A DNA stretch of 64,000 nt from Myxococcota bacterium (GTDB lineage: Bacteria > Myxococcota_A > UBA9160 > UBA6930): NCBI GenBank assembly GCA_965223705.1, contig OZ245015.1, positions 3,680,001 through 3,744,000 of the forward strand, written 5' to 3'. Positions 1 to 9,601 of the stretch are shown here, piece by piece. The translations under genes and the position numbers were made by a program. Below the pieces are notes generated by a model. That model was not told the origin of the DNA. It ran no database searches and saw only the letters and a list, made by a program, of their open reading frames with translations. Each line of letters opens with the position of its first letter. Position 1 is the first letter of the stretch.

Positions 1-728
1 TCGGTTCCTACGATCCCGAAGAGCGTCACCACTCCGCCATCGGTATCGACGTTGATCGCCAAGGGCGACAGACCCGGTTCCCCCATCAGGAACATCTTGG
101 CCTTCGTGGTGATCCAGGCATCGGAAACCGCACGTTCAGCGCGCTCGGATGTCGTGGTCGCTTCGTCGTCGTACCAAACCTCTTCGTCGCCGAGCTCGTC
201 GGGGCTGAGGATTTCGCTCTCCACGCGACGCACACCGTCGACGCTGCGCGCGTCCTCCAAGGCACGACGGTGCGCACTCAAGGTGGTTGCCTCCCCGGAG
301 AGAACGACGATGCCGTCATTGACGGACTTCACAGCGATGTCGCTCTCCTTGAGGGCGTCATCCCGTTCGAGCACCGTTTCGAGCTGTTCCTGCAGCTCGT
401 CGTCCGCCGCCTCGATGGTATCCCGCGCCTCGCCCGGGACGACGGCGAGGAGGTTGCGCACCTCGCGCACGCCGCGAACTTCCATTGCTCGCTTTTCTGC
501 GACCGCCTTCTCGGTGTCGGTGGCCGTCTGACCGTGAAGGGTCACGCGGCCGTCGAACGTATCGACGTTGATGTCGAACGTCCCCACGGTCTCGTCGGTC
601 AGCAGGGCCATCTTCACCTTGGTCGTGATCCAAGCGTCTTCAGGCTGGTCTGCAAGAGCGGGTGCTGCCCACGTCATCAGCAGCGCGACCATCGCCGCGC
701 TGAAGAGCTTTCGCCGTAGATATCTCAT
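1..728 (-). CDS. Multi-BON-domain secreted protein (OsmY-like), runs off window start
   Basis: Not in ORF track; my translation MRYLRRKLFSAAMVALLMTWAAPALADQPEDAWITTKVKMALL...INVDTFDGRVTLHG; further DAWITTKAKMFL..INVDTDGGVVTLFG repeat near window start; signal peptide; RBS AAGGGAG. Confidence 0.88.
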   Translation of the reverse strand, partial: MRYLRRKLFSAAMVALLMTWAAPALADQPEDAWITTKVKMALLTDETVGTFDINVDTFDGRVTLHGQTATDTEKAVAEKRAMEVRGVREVRNLLAVVPGEARDTIEAADDELQEQLETVLERDDALKESDIAVKSVNDGIVVLSGEATTLSAHRRALEDARSVDGVRRVESEILSPDELGDEEVWYDDEATTTSERAERAVSDAWITTKAKMFLMGEPGLSPLAINVDTDGGVVTLFGIVGT

Positions 729-864
729 CGTATCTCCCTTAGTTCTTTTAAAGCCGTTCGCAGAATCGAGTTGATGCCAGTTCATCGCTGATGAACCTCC
801 TCTTCCGTTCGTGAAGTGTTTGTGAACCCTGAATGGCGCGAGGCGGATCTTCCGCCGCGCCCCG

Positions 865-1038
865 CTACGTCGGTGGTCGTCCGCGGACGGCGCGAGCCAC
901 GGCCGCGACGACCGTCAAGACCAGGAACACCACGAAGAGAATCCAAGCGATGTTCGCGGAGGCGCCGGCGAGCCCGGAAAACCCCAGCGTGCCCGCGACC
1001 AGTGCCAGGATCAAAAACGTCAGTGCCCAACCGAGCAT
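865..1038 (-). CDS. DUF1328 (YtjA-like) small membrane protein, 57 aa
   Basis: [49 protein letters not shown]. Confidence 0.9.
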   Translation of the reverse strand: MLGWALTFLILALVAGTLGFSGLAGASANIAWILFVVFLVLTVVAAVARAVRGRPPT

Positions 1039-1064
1039 GTCGAATCCTCCCCGACTACCGGTTG

Positions 1065-1080
1065 TGCACCAACCGTGCCA
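1065..1080 (-). promoter_or_regulatory. sigma54-type -24/-12 promoter for DUF1328 gene
   Basis: TGGCACGGTTGGTGCA (GG-N10-GC), just upstream of RBS. Confidence 0.6.
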
Positions 1081-1505
1081 AACGCGCGCACTGCTGGAGT
1101 ACGGATGAGCGCGATACACCACTCGTCGGTTGTAAAAACTGCACTGCAACCGCTCGCAAGGGATGGGATCACGTGAAGCCGTCGGGCTTGAGAATTTCCG
1201 ATAGGCCGTCACATGCTGCTTCCCGGCACCATCTTCTACGTGGGCGCCGCGGACACAGTTGTGAGAAGCGTCCAAACGGGGAGGGGTCCGTCGAATCTGA
1301 TTGCCCTGCTGGCGCTTCTCTTTGTCGGATTGCTGATGGTCGGCCGCGTCGCGCACCGGAAGTTGCACTCAGCGGGGAACGCGGAGGACAAAAAAGGGCC
1401 TCGAGTCCGCCTGAGAGTTAGTCCTGCCAGCGCAATTCCGCGAACTCGGCGTCAACTCGCACTCGGACGCTCCAGAGCGCGCAGACTGAACTCCGGCGGG
1501 GCCCT

Positions 1506-3017
1506 TTACGAGCAGCTGAGCCACATGACGACGGCACCGATCGCGACGATCGGCGCCGAAGCGACCGTGGCGCCTGTGATAAGCCGGCGGCGTCTGCCCC
1601 CCGCCACACCCAGGATTCGACGAACGATCTCTCGGAGCGACGTAGGCTTCTCCGGATCGAGAGCGTTCGCCGTGTCGCAGTCGAGCGTCGCTTGCTGTTC
1701 TGACAGGTCGAGTTGCTCGAGCGTTCGTTCACCACCCCGAAGTGCCTCGATGGCATCGATCAACGATCCCGTCTCTTCGAGCTGCTTTCGCACCGCTACC
1801 GGACTCGTTCCCAAGTGCTCGGCTAGAAGACGCTCCAGGAGAAGCGGACGGCCCGAGGTGGCTCCGACCCCGATGTCGAGCGCCAGGCCGAGTTCGCTGT
1901 CGAGGCCGAACGACCGGTTGCACAAGTTGGCCGAGCCCACCAAGACATGTTTTCCGTCGACGATCGCAAGCTTGGCGTGCACGAAGATAGAGTGCGGGTC
2001 AGATCCTTCTCGTCGCTGCGGCTCGTAGACCCGCAACCGGCGACTTGCAGCGGGATGTTTCGCCAGACGTTGGAGAAAGTGGGCCCGCTTGCTGCCCATG
2101 ACGAGCGTATCGAGCCAACCGTCAGAGGAGTTTGAGAGCACCAACACAATCTCCGGCCCACCTCTCTCGTCGAGTCGGGCCTCCAGCCAATCGACCAGTT
2201 CGGAAGCGGCGAAGTATTGGTTCTCCAAGTAGATCCAGTGCCGCGTCGATCGAACCGCCTCCCGATACCACGCTTCCGTCTCGCGAACCGGCTCATCCCG
2301 AGCCGAGGCCCCGATGGTCCGCACCACGGCACCGGGCACGTCCCATACGTCGGCAACGACATCGGCTGGCCAGAAATCGTCGCGCCGCGGGCGTACTGCC
2401 GGGAGCTCTTCGGTCGCTTGTCCCGCCCAGACCTCTCGCGCGTGACTCGCGACAGCGCGTGCCAGACCTCCGCTCACCACGACCTGCGCGTCGTGCCATG
2501 GCTCGTAGTGCGTGCCCCAAGGATCCGTTCGACCCTCCGATTCGGCCGGATGCTCTTCCCGGTCCCACCGGCCGGCCGTCAGATCGAGACCTCCGACAAA
2601 TGCGAGCTCGTCGTCAACGACGACGAGCTTCTGGTGGTGGCATGCCCCCGGTGAACCCGCATCGAAGTAGTGCACGCTGGCTCTATCACCCAGGCGACGG
2701 TGCAGGCGCTGTCGCGTGAACCATTGGCGATCGAGCCGGAGCGGCCAAGGAGCCTTCCACACTCCCAAGTAGACCCGGAGGTTCGGAGCTCGAGCGATCG
2801 CCGCCGCGAGCGCATGCTCGAGGGAGTGAGGGCCGTCGTCCGCATCGGGGGCCAAGGCGATCCGGCTGTCCATGTCCCAGCCGAGAATGAGAATACGTTC
2901 TTCCGCGTGGGCGAAGGCCCAGCGGAGCGCCGCAAAGTACGCAGCGGCGTCGATCAGAAAGGCCGCGCGATCCGCTTGTGCCCGTCGCCAGCATGTTTCG
3001 CCTTCAACGAGGTTCAT
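1506..3017 (-). CDS. Phospholipase D family protein
   Basis: Two HKD motifs: HHQKLVVVDD..GGLD and HAKLAIVD..GSAN; YLENQYF. Confidence 0.9.
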   Translation of the reverse strand: MNLVEGETCWRRAQADRAAFLIDAAAYFAALRWAFAHAEERILILGWDMDSRIALAPDADDGPHSLEHALAAAIARAPNLRVYLGVWKAPWPLRLDRQWFTRQRLHRRLGDRASVHYFDAGSPGACHHQKLVVVDDELAFVGGLDLTAGRWDREEHPAESEGRTDPWGTHYEPWHDAQVVVSGGLARAVASHAREVWAGQATEELPAVRPRRDDFWPADVVADVWDVPGAVVRTIGASARDEPVRETEAWYREAVRSTRHWIYLENQYFAASELVDWLEARLDERGGPEIVLVLSNSSDGWLDTLVMGSKRAHFLQRLAKHPAASRRLRVYEPQRREGSDPHSIFVHAKLAIVDGKHVLVGSANLCNRSFGLDSELGLALDIGVGATSGRPLLLERLLAEHLGTSPVAVRKQLEETGSLIDAIEALRGGERTLEQLDLSEQQATLDCDTANALDPEKPTSLREIVRRILGVAGGRRRRLITGATVASAPIVAIGAVVMWLSCS

Positions 3018-3099
3018 GCTGACCTCCGCTTCGAGCCGGCGTTCCTGAGTTAGGAGTCACACGCAATGCGAGGATGCGGTCGACGAGAACCTCCGCTTT

Positions 3100-3372
3100 C
3101 TAGGGGCAAGTCGATCGGTCGATCCAGCCAGGAACACCGCCGCAGGTGCGAAGCTTCCCAATCATATCGTAGTGCTCGAGTTTGCGGCGAATCGCGTCGG
3201 AGTCGTGCCGCTCCAACCACTCGTTGGCAACTTCGAGCCGAAGCGTCTGCTCCGGTGCCGGCTGGATCAAGAAAATGTGAAGGTCAAGATCCTCATCGAC
3301 GAAGATCTGGACAGTCGCTTCGTGGAACACCGCTAGCAAGTCTGTGACGTCCTGATGCTTGGCTTCGGTCAT
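3100..3372 (-). CDS. Hypothetical protein (~90 aa)
   Basis: ATG with GGAGG RBS; globular composition; fills intergenic gap. Confidence 0.55.
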   Translation of the reverse strand: MTEAKHQDVTDLLAVFHEATVQIFVDEDLDLHIFLIQPAPEQTLRLEVANEWLERHDSDAIRRKLEHYDMIGKLRTCGGVPGWIDRSTCP

Positions 3373-3442
3373 GTTCACGGCGCCTCCCCGCACTTTCTAG
3401 GACACCCCCACCGCGGGAGGGCGAAGCGATAGTCAGTTCCAG

Positions 3443-3877
3443 TCAAGTGCTCGCCGCGCCGCGATCGACCCGGTCACGCAAGGCGGCCTCGAGGATTCGC
3501 AGGTTGCGAAGGTTCGCCTTGAAACCGGCGTCGAATAGATCTCCCAGCAAGGGCACGCTTCCGACCGTCGCCTCGATCGCCGCATTCCCGAGCATCTTCG
3601 CGATCGGCCGCACTCCGATTCCGAGCCGGGACGCTTCGATGATCAGGTACAAGGTGACGGTGACGCCCATGAGGTCGCCCACCCCGGGAATGAGGCCGAG
3701 CACAGCGTCGTAACCGACTCGGAATCGCGTGCCGGGCACGCGCCAAGCGGCATCCATCCACCAGCTAATGCGTTGGATATACCCGAGCGCACGTTCGAGG
3801 CGAAGCTGCTCGAGGAACTTAGGATCGAGTTGCGAGACACCCCGAGGTTCCCCACTCGACGCGAGCTCGAAAATCAC
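3443..3877 (-). CDS. DUF4112 family membrane protein (start uncertain)
   Basis: MDAAWRVPGTRFRVGYDAVLGLIPGVGD...GSVPLLGDLFDAGFKANLRN. Confidence 0.88.
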   Translation of the reverse strand: MIFELASSGEPRGVSQLDPKFLEQLRLERALGYIQRISWWMDAAWRVPGTRFRVGYDAVLGLIPGVGDLMGVTVTLYLIIEASRLGIGVRPIAKMLGNAAIEATVGSVPLLGDLFDAGFKANLRNLRILEAALRDRVDRGAAST

Positions 3878-4167
3878 GGATCCCCCTCACCCGGCCTGGG
3901 ACGAAAAACGAGTCGGTAGAGGTAGCTCGTCATGTGCCTCCGCGGATTAGCACTCTGGCTGCGGAGTTACACAGCCCGTTGCAACGCCTACAAGGCGCGT
4001 GAGCACCCGCGTTGAGAAATTTCGCTTCGCCTCGATCAAACCGCAGGCGATCCTCGGCCCGGTCAGCTTCTTCCGGGGGATGGTTCGCGTCGTTCGGACG
4101 GGCGTGCACGACGACGGATATGCCTCGTGCGCTCGGTCCCAGCCTGACTCCTGTCATCGGAATTCTC

Positions 4168-5145
4168 CTAGAGTTTGAAGGACAGACTGACGGCGCCGAA
4201 AATCTGTTCTTTCTCTTGTGTTTCAAACTCCTCCGTGCGACCGACCACCGTCAGGGCGAGTTGAGCCCGCAGCAACTGAATGACGACGCCGACCTGTACG
4301 TCGAGCACGAAGGGACGACGATCGACTTCGAGGCTGTCCCGTATTGTGTTCCCATCGAGAAAGATGTTGTAGGCCACGGCTCGACCGGCGGCGCCCGCGA
4401 AGACGTACCACCCGAAGCCATCGCTCGGGTTGAAAAATCCTCCGCCGGCGAGGCTCGGACGGATACGCGGAGGTCCGTAGTCGTCGGCGAGGTCGTTTCC
4501 GAGGCGCAACGTGAGGCCCGCCGTCGCTTGGGTCAGGACGTTGCCGAGTGAGAACCCCGCGTTGGGGGTGATGTCAACGCCGAGACCTACAGCCTCCCAC
4601 TCCGCTAGAGCACGCCACTTTCGATCGAAGGTCACGACAACGCCCGCTTCGTGGCGTAGCTGGTTGTCCCATCCCTTCGGCTCGTCGGAGTGAATAAGCT
4701 CGTGAATGTTCGTTTGAGTCCACTCCCCGCCTGCGTCGGGACCCACCACGCCCCCCTGCAGCGAAAGTGTGTCGAGACTGTGTTCTCGCTCGACCAGGAT
4801 CGACAAGTCCGCGTACAACCACCCCGCGTATGGATGCTGATCGGGGAGCGGCGCTTCTTCTTCAATATCCTGCGGCGTGAACATGCTCTGCCCGATGGCG
4901 ATTCCGAAGCGCACGACATCCTCCTCTTCCGCAGCGAGGAGAAGACCCGCGAGCCCGTCGACGATGCCCCAGACACGATCGGGCCCGGTGAGGTAGCCGA
5001 GTCGGACGCCGCTGGTGTAGTTGCGATCGGTTCCACCGGCAACGGCGTCGTTTTCGACGGTGAGCGACAACGTGCCCAGGTCGGCTGCGAGAGAACTGGT
5101 GGAAAGCATGAGAGCGATAACGAACGAAGCGAGATGTTGTTTCAT
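4168..5145 (-). CDS. Lipid A deacylase LpxR family outer-membrane protein
   Basis: ENDAVAGGTDRNYTSG, GQSMFTP, PYAGWLY, GWDNQL, NIFLDGN; signal peptide. Confidence 0.88.
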   Translation of the reverse strand: MKQHLASFVIALMLSTSSLAADLGTLSLTVENDAVAGGTDRNYTSGVRLGYLTGPDRVWGIVDGLAGLLLAAEEEDVVRFGIAIGQSMFTPQDIEEEAPLPDQHPYAGWLYADLSILVEREHSLDTLSLQGGVVGPDAGGEWTQTNIHELIHSDEPKGWDNQLRHEAGVVVTFDRKWRALAEWEAVGLGVDITPNAGFSLGNVLTQATAGLTLRLGNDLADDYGPPRIRPSLAGGGFFNPSDGFGWYVFAGAAGRAVAYNIFLDGNTIRDSLEVDRRPFVLDVQVGVVIQLLRAQLALTVVGRTEEFETQEKEQIFGAVSLSFKL

Positions 5146-5187
5146 GGAAGCGACCGACTCCATCGTGTGGTTCTACGGCTCCCTCCG

Positions 5188-5226
5188 TGCATTTCCCGTG
5201 CCTGTCGGTCTGGCACGCAATCTGCA
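5188..5226. promoter_or_regulatory. Back-to-back divergent sigma54-type promoters
   Basis: Minus 5188-5203 AGGCACGGGAAATGCA; plus 5211-5226 TGGCACGCAATCTGCA; both GG-N10-GC. Confidence 0.55.
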
Positions 5227-5288
5227 ATCGCTCTCCGTCGAAAACCAAGCGGATCGCCTCCCGGCAACCCGCAAAGGAGATAGACGCG

Positions 5289-5894
5289 ATGAGAGTTGTA
5301 ATTTTTACTAGCCTGCTGGCAGCCTTGATAAGTACCGGCGCACTTTCCCAAGCCATTCCGGAATCGAAGACACTGGTCGGCGAGATCACGAAGATCGATC
5401 GCGGAACTCGTGAGGCTCATATGTTGACGGAGGCAGGAGAGATCGAGGTCGACTACACCGTTGTGACACGCTTCGGCAAGGAGAACAGAGGACTCACAGG
5501 ACGGGACTCCCTCGAGGTAGGTGATGCCGTCCGCGTGATCTTCGTCGGAGCCCCTGACTCGGTCAATTCCCGCGTCGAGTTCGTGGAGATCCTCGGGAAG
5601 AACGACCCGGCCTACCGCGATTTCGTCCAGAAGAAGGGCACGATCGACCGCTCGGAGCGAATCCGCGTTTCCGAAACAAGGATTCGAGGCACTGAGGCCC
5701 GCGCGGAGTCCGCTGCGCCGAGCCCGCGAACCGATGTCGTCGCGCAGAACCGACGGAACTCGGAGATAGGTCGCCAACAGAACGTCGCGCGCCTTCCGGA
5801 TACGGCGAGCCTGCTCCCGCTGTTCGTCGCCACGGGCCTGGGTTCTGCGGCTGTCGCTGGAACGCTTCGTACTTTGCGGCGACGACGCCGCTAG
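5289..5894 (+). CDS. Secreted protein with C-terminal LPxTA sortase-like sorting signal
   Basis: Signal peptide; C-terminus LPDTA + hydrophobic helix + RRRRR; RBS AAGGAG. Confidence 0.75.
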   Translation: MRVVIFTSLLAALISTGALSQAIPESKTLVGEITKIDRGTREAHMLTEAGEIEVDYTVVTRFGKENRGLTGRDSLEVGDAVRVIFVGAPDSVNSRVEFVEILGKNDPAYRDFVQKKGTIDRSERIRVSETRIRGTEARAESAAPSPRTDVVAQNRRNSEIGRQQNVARLPDTASLLPLFVATGLGSAAVAGTLRTLRRRRR

Positions 5895-5999
5895 CGGATC
5901 CGCTGTAAAGAACGGCACGCGCTGAAACACCGGCCGGCGGGACGTCGAACGTCTCGTGGGCCGGGATTCGCGCCGCAGTACTACGCCAAGGAGACGCCA

Positions 6000-6170
6000 A
6001 TGGACCTGCTCCGCATTCTCTTGTCGATTCTACTGCCGCCTGTTGGCGTGTTCCTTCAGGTCGGGCTGACGGGCCACTTCTGGCTCAACGTGCTGTTGAC
6101 GCTCCTGGGTTACGTGCCAGGGATCATCCACGCAATCTGGGTCATCCTCAACCGACCCGAGGTCTCCTAG
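6000..6170 (+). CDS. YqaE/Pmp3 family proteolipid, 56 aa
   Basis: Below ORF-track cutoff; MDLLRILLSILLPPVGVFLQVGLTGHFWLNVLLTLLGYVPGIIHAIWVIL; RBS AAGGAG. Confidence 0.92.
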   Translation: MDLLRILLSILLPPVGVFLQVGLTGHFWLNVLLTLLGYVPGIIHAIWVILNRPEVS

Positions 6171-6210
6171 CACCAGTTGCGACACTCGCGTGGCCCGACC
6201 CGCTGACGTG

Positions 6211-6948
6211 TCAACCGTCGGTGAGCGTCAGCAATACGTCCGCGTACCAGGCACAATTCAATCCGAGCGGCTCATCGAGTTCCGCATCCCGGATACCGAG
6301 GTCGATGCGAGCGGAATGTATCCCCAGCAGCACCCAAGGAAGAGATCCTCGACCGGCTCCGGAATGCATCACCACGGGCGCTCCGCTGATACCGCGATGG
6401 GTACGTCCGTCCGTGAGAAAGTATCCGTTGCCTTGGAATCGCAGCCCGAACGAGGACGCGACAATCGCGTGTCGCGCGACGGGCATCTGGTGAAGGGTAT
6501 CGCGAAAGCCGAGGGGAAAACCAACGACCAGTAACGACGCGCCGACTTCGACCCGCCCAAGGTCAGCCAAGAGGTGTTCGGGCGTGAACATGTCGTAGAC
6601 CAGCGGGTCTGGAAGCGCACCGCGATCAATTTCCAGAGCTGCGACGTCGATCATGCCGGAGGAGTCTTCGGTTTGGCGCCATAGGCTCGTGCCATCTCGA
6701 TACAGAGGAATCGAGAAGCTCTTCGTTTCAACGACGTTCTCGGGATTGTTGTGGAGATCGATCCGTACGGCGTCGGGGCGGTGATTGCTCGCCTCGTCAA
6801 TCAGGACATGGCGGCTGGTCACCAAGAACAATCGCTCGTCGCGCTTGAAGAAGAACCCCGTTCCATTCGTAAGCGTCGTGTCACCCAGAAAGGTGTCGAT
6901 ACGTACGATCGCGAGTAAAAGAGATTCGACGATTTGGGGTGCGTTCAT
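6211..6948 (-). CDS. Trypsin-like serine protease
   Basis: GTGFF, VTSRHV (His), DVAAL (Asp), GISGAPV (Ser). Confidence 0.85.
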   Translation of the reverse strand: MNAPQIVESLLLAIVRIDTFLGDTTLTNGTGFFFKRDERLFLVTSRHVLIDEASNHRPDAVRIDLHNNPENVVETKSFSIPLYRDGTSLWRQTEDSSGMIDVAALEIDRGALPDPLVYDMFTPEHLLADLGRVEVGASLLVVGFPLGFRDTLHQMPVARHAIVASSFGLRFQGNGYFLTDGRTHRGISGAPVVMHSGAGRGSLPWVLLGIHSARIDLGIRDAELDEPLGLNCAWYADVLLTLTDG

Positions 6949-7219
6949 GCGATGCCCCTAGCGCAATTCTCATGCCGATCAGGAATTCGCATGGTGGGCT
7001 TTCACACGACTTAGCATCAGGGCCTTCCCCGTGACTCCATTTGGGTGTGGGGTCCCGGCGACCGCGCGTAACGAGTCGCTTTTGAACCAACATTTTCTGC
7101 AGGAGATCATTGTCGGTGGGAGCGCCCACACTCGACACGGCTTGGCGCACGGTGGTCGAGTGGCCGAACTGTGAAACCGAGTCTCAGGTCGGTTGATAGC
7201 TATAGAGGGGCTCTGGAAT

Positions 7220-7312
7220 TTGTGAGTCCCGTGTGAGTCCCGGCTATTTTCGAGTTCGGAAAACCCAACAATTCCGGATACTTAGTGGTGGAGGCGGCGG
7301 GAATCGAATCCG
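7220..7312 (-). repeat. att-like repeat copy 1: tmRNA 3' fragment plus paired arm-type repeats
   Basis: 7220-7308 identical (89/89 by eye) to 29904-29992; contains TGTGAGTCCCGTGTGAGTCC and TGGTGGAGGCGGCGGGAATCGAA. Confidence 0.92.
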
Positions 7313-7386
7313 TCGCCTGTCTCGCCGGCGGTTGTTTCTCGCAGGCCGGAGTCAAGGCTCAGGCGCTTAGCCGGTCCGGAACACAC

Positions 7387-7403
7387 CTGGTAAACTTTCC
7401 CAT
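7387..7403. promoter_or_regulatory. Palindromic operator copy abutting DUF6502-like start; contains -10-like TAAACT
   Basis: CTGGTAAACTTTCCCAT, matching sites at 13462 and 13482; no RBS, suggesting a leaderless mRNA. Confidence 0.55.
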
Positions 7404-8264
7404 GTGGACGACCCGAACGAATCGAGATCCCCCGGGGCAGTCTCGCGAGCTCTCCTGAGCGCTGGGGCGCGCGTACTCCGCCCGCTTGTTCACCTGCTCA
7501 TCGCGAATCAGGTGACGTTTCCCGCGCTCGCCAAGATGTTGAAGGGTCTCTACGTGGAAGTCGCCCGAGAGGACTTTCGCCTCGACGACCGACCGATGAG
7601 TCAGAGTAGAGTTTCGATTCTTACAGGCGTACACCGCAAAGATGTCCGGAGCCTGTGGGCAGAGCCTTCTCCGTCATCCGCCGCACCTGAGAGCGTCTCG
7701 CTGGGCTCCCAAGTCGTGATCCTCTGGATGACCGATCCTCGCTTTACAACCGCCGACGGAAAACCCCGTCCGCTAGCACGATCCAAAGAGTCGACAGACG
7801 CGCCCGGCTTCGACGATCTCGTAACAGCCGTAACCCAAGACGTGTGGCCCCGCTCAATTCTCGACGAGTGGCTTCGCCTTGGCGTCGCAGAGATTGATGC
7901 GGATGGGAACGTTGTCTTGGCCCGCGACGCATACGTACCCGAGCGCGGCTTTGACGAGAAGGTGTTTTTTCTCGGGCGTAACGTTGGCGATCACTTGTCA
8001 GCTGCGTCCGCGAACGTTCTTGGACGAGCAGAGCCCTTTCTCGAGCGCGAAGTAAACTATTTGCAGCTCACTCCTACCTCTGTGCGCGAGCTTTCGTCTC
8101 TCGCACGCGAGATCGGTTCCGATGCCCTTGAGCAAATCAACAGAAAGGGACACGAGCTAAAGAAGCGCGACGCCGACGACTCATCGGCAGACCAGCGAAT
8201 CGCTTTTGGAGTTTATTTTTACTCCGAGCAAGCGCCCTCTGAAGACGACGAGGGTGAAGCGTGA
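7404..8264 (+). CDS. DUF6502-like protein, putative transcriptional regulator
   Basis: LRPLVHLLI, SQSRVSILTGVHRKDV (HTH-like), W.TDPRF....G.PRPL, FDDLV..V.QD..PRSILDEWLRLG, FLEREVNY, IAFGVYFY. Confidence 0.8.
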   Translation: MDDPNESRSPGAVSRALLSAGARVLRPLVHLLIANQVTFPALAKMLKGLYVEVAREDFRLDDRPMSQSRVSILTGVHRKDVRSLWAEPSPSSAAPESVSLGSQVVILWMTDPRFTTADGKPRPLARSKESTDAPGFDDLVTAVTQDVWPRSILDEWLRLGVAEIDADGNVVLARDAYVPERGFDEKVFFLGRNVGDHLSAASANVLGRAEPFLEREVNYLQLTPTSVRELSSLAREIGSDALEQINRKGHELKKRDADDSSADQRIAFGVYFYSEQAPSEDDEGEA

Positions 8265-9601
8265 CGACCCGATTGCCGAAGCCCGCGCTCTTGCTGGCCA
8301 TCGCGCTGATCGTGGTCGCAGCGCCTCAAGGAAGCCGCGCCGCGTGTCCGGACGTGCTCATTCAGGGCGATCCCGAAGGCATCGGTGGAACGGGTTACGG
8401 CGGTGACCAGGGCACCGGCGGAACGGGCTACGGAGGCGACGAAGGAATTGGTGGAACAGGACAGAGACCAGGGGATGAGGGTCCTGGGGGTACCGGCATC
8501 TTCGGAACGATCACGGGTTTTGGATCGATCTGCGTCAACGGCTTGCAGGTGGACTACGAACCTTCGACACCGGTAGCTGTCGACGGGCTTCCGGCCTCGG
8601 CCAATGCGCTCAAGGTCGGAGACACCGTGTGGGTTGAAGCGGACCGCCGTGGAAAGCAATTGCGCGCCCGAAAGATCCATGTGCAGTCTGTCCTTGTCGG
8701 TCCGGTTGATTCCACATCACCGGGCTCACGAGAGTTGCGCGTTATGGGAACCGCGGTTTCCCTGGGGCCGGGTACTGTGTTTGCAGATCGCGCGACTGGG
8801 CGATCTCTCACCCGTGCTGAAGTCTCTAACGCCACCGTAGCCGTGCGAGGACTCATGGGACCCTCCGGTGCTGTCGTCGCGAGTCGCGTCGAACGAGTTC
8901 CCTCTGAAACACCTGCTCGTGCGTTTGGCCGAATTTCGCGGCGAGGGAGTGTGAAAATCGGCGGGATCGAAGTGTCAGGGAGAGCGCCGATCCAGCCTAC
9001 AGGTGCTTTGGTCGTCGCGGAGGGGCGCTGGTCGCGAACGCAACGGCGAATTGATGTCACCGATGTTTCGGACGCTTGGTCGGGGTCGAAGAACGCGCGA
9101 GAACTGTCGCTCGAAGGCCTCGTGCTCGACAAGACAAGTGGAGCGATCGAACTCGCCTATGGAAACGTCACGGCTCAGCGCGCCGAAAGCCTTACCGGAA
9201 TTCGCGCAGGCGATCGCGTCGTCGTGCGAGCACGTCCCACAGGCCCGGGCCGCTTCGATGCACTTGAAGTTCGGCGAGTGAGGGTGAGTCCTGAGGGGAC
9301 GAGATTCCGGACAAGGGGATCTCGGGCCCGCGACGAAGAAATCGACTCGTCAGACGAACAGTCCGATGACCGATCCGGGCGCGGCCGGTCCGATCGCTCG
9401 GATCGAACGGAGCGTTCGGAGCGAGCAGATCGGGCCGAGCGATCCGAAAGGTCCGAACGCGCTGAAAGACCCGAGCGATCGGAACGGCCTGAGCGTCCAG
9501 AACGGGCAGAACGCCCTGAAAGACCGGAACGACCTGAACGGACCGAACGTCCTGAAAGACCGGAGCGTGCAGAACGACCTGAACGCGCTGGACGGGACTA
9601 G
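8261..9601 (+). CDS. Secreted DUF5666-like multi-domain protein with (E/D)RX repeat tail
   Basis: Signal peptide; GIGGTG repeats; GTITGFGSICVNG; repeated OB-like units; GTGA overlap with upstream stop. Confidence 0.8.
   Translation: MTTRLPKPALLLAIALIVVAAPQGSRAACPDVLIQGDPEGIGGTGYGGDQGTGGTGYGGDEGIGGTGQRPGDEGPGGTGIFGTITGFGSICVNGLQVDYEPSTPVAVDGLPASANALKVGDTVWVEADRRGKQLRARKIHVQSVLVGPVDSTSPGSRELRVMGTAVSLGPGTVFADRATGRSLTRAEVSNATVAVRGLMGPSGAVVASRVERVPSETPARAFGRISRRGSVKIGGIEVSGRAPIQPTGALVVAEGRWSRTQRRIDVTDVSDAWSGSKNARELSLEGLVLDKTSGAIELAYGNVTAQRAESLTGIRAGDRVVVRARPTGPGRFDALEVRRVRVSPEGTRFRTRGSRARDEEIDSSDEQSDDRSGRGRSDRSDRTERSERADRAERSERSERAERPERSERPERPERAERPERPERPERTERPERPERAERPERAGRD
9390..9598 (+). repeat. 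Degenerate 9-bp coding repeat, (E/D)R(S/A/P/T) x ~22
   Basis: DRSDRTERSERADRAERSERSERAERPERS...ERAGRD with varied synonymous codons. Confidence 0.9.

Noticed and set aside
3930..4165. Small ORFs between DUF4112 and LpxR genes
   Set aside because: No clear RBS, motif or protein-like composition
6980..7215. Hairpins (GTGGGAGCGCCCAC; CACTCGAC...GTCGAGTG) as an ncRNA or IS end
   Set aside because: Short stems are expected at this GC content; no family signature or second copy seen
7286..7312. tRNA gene
   Set aside because: Only T-arm and acceptor 3' strand present; it is a copy of the ssrA 3' end (same for 15686-15712)
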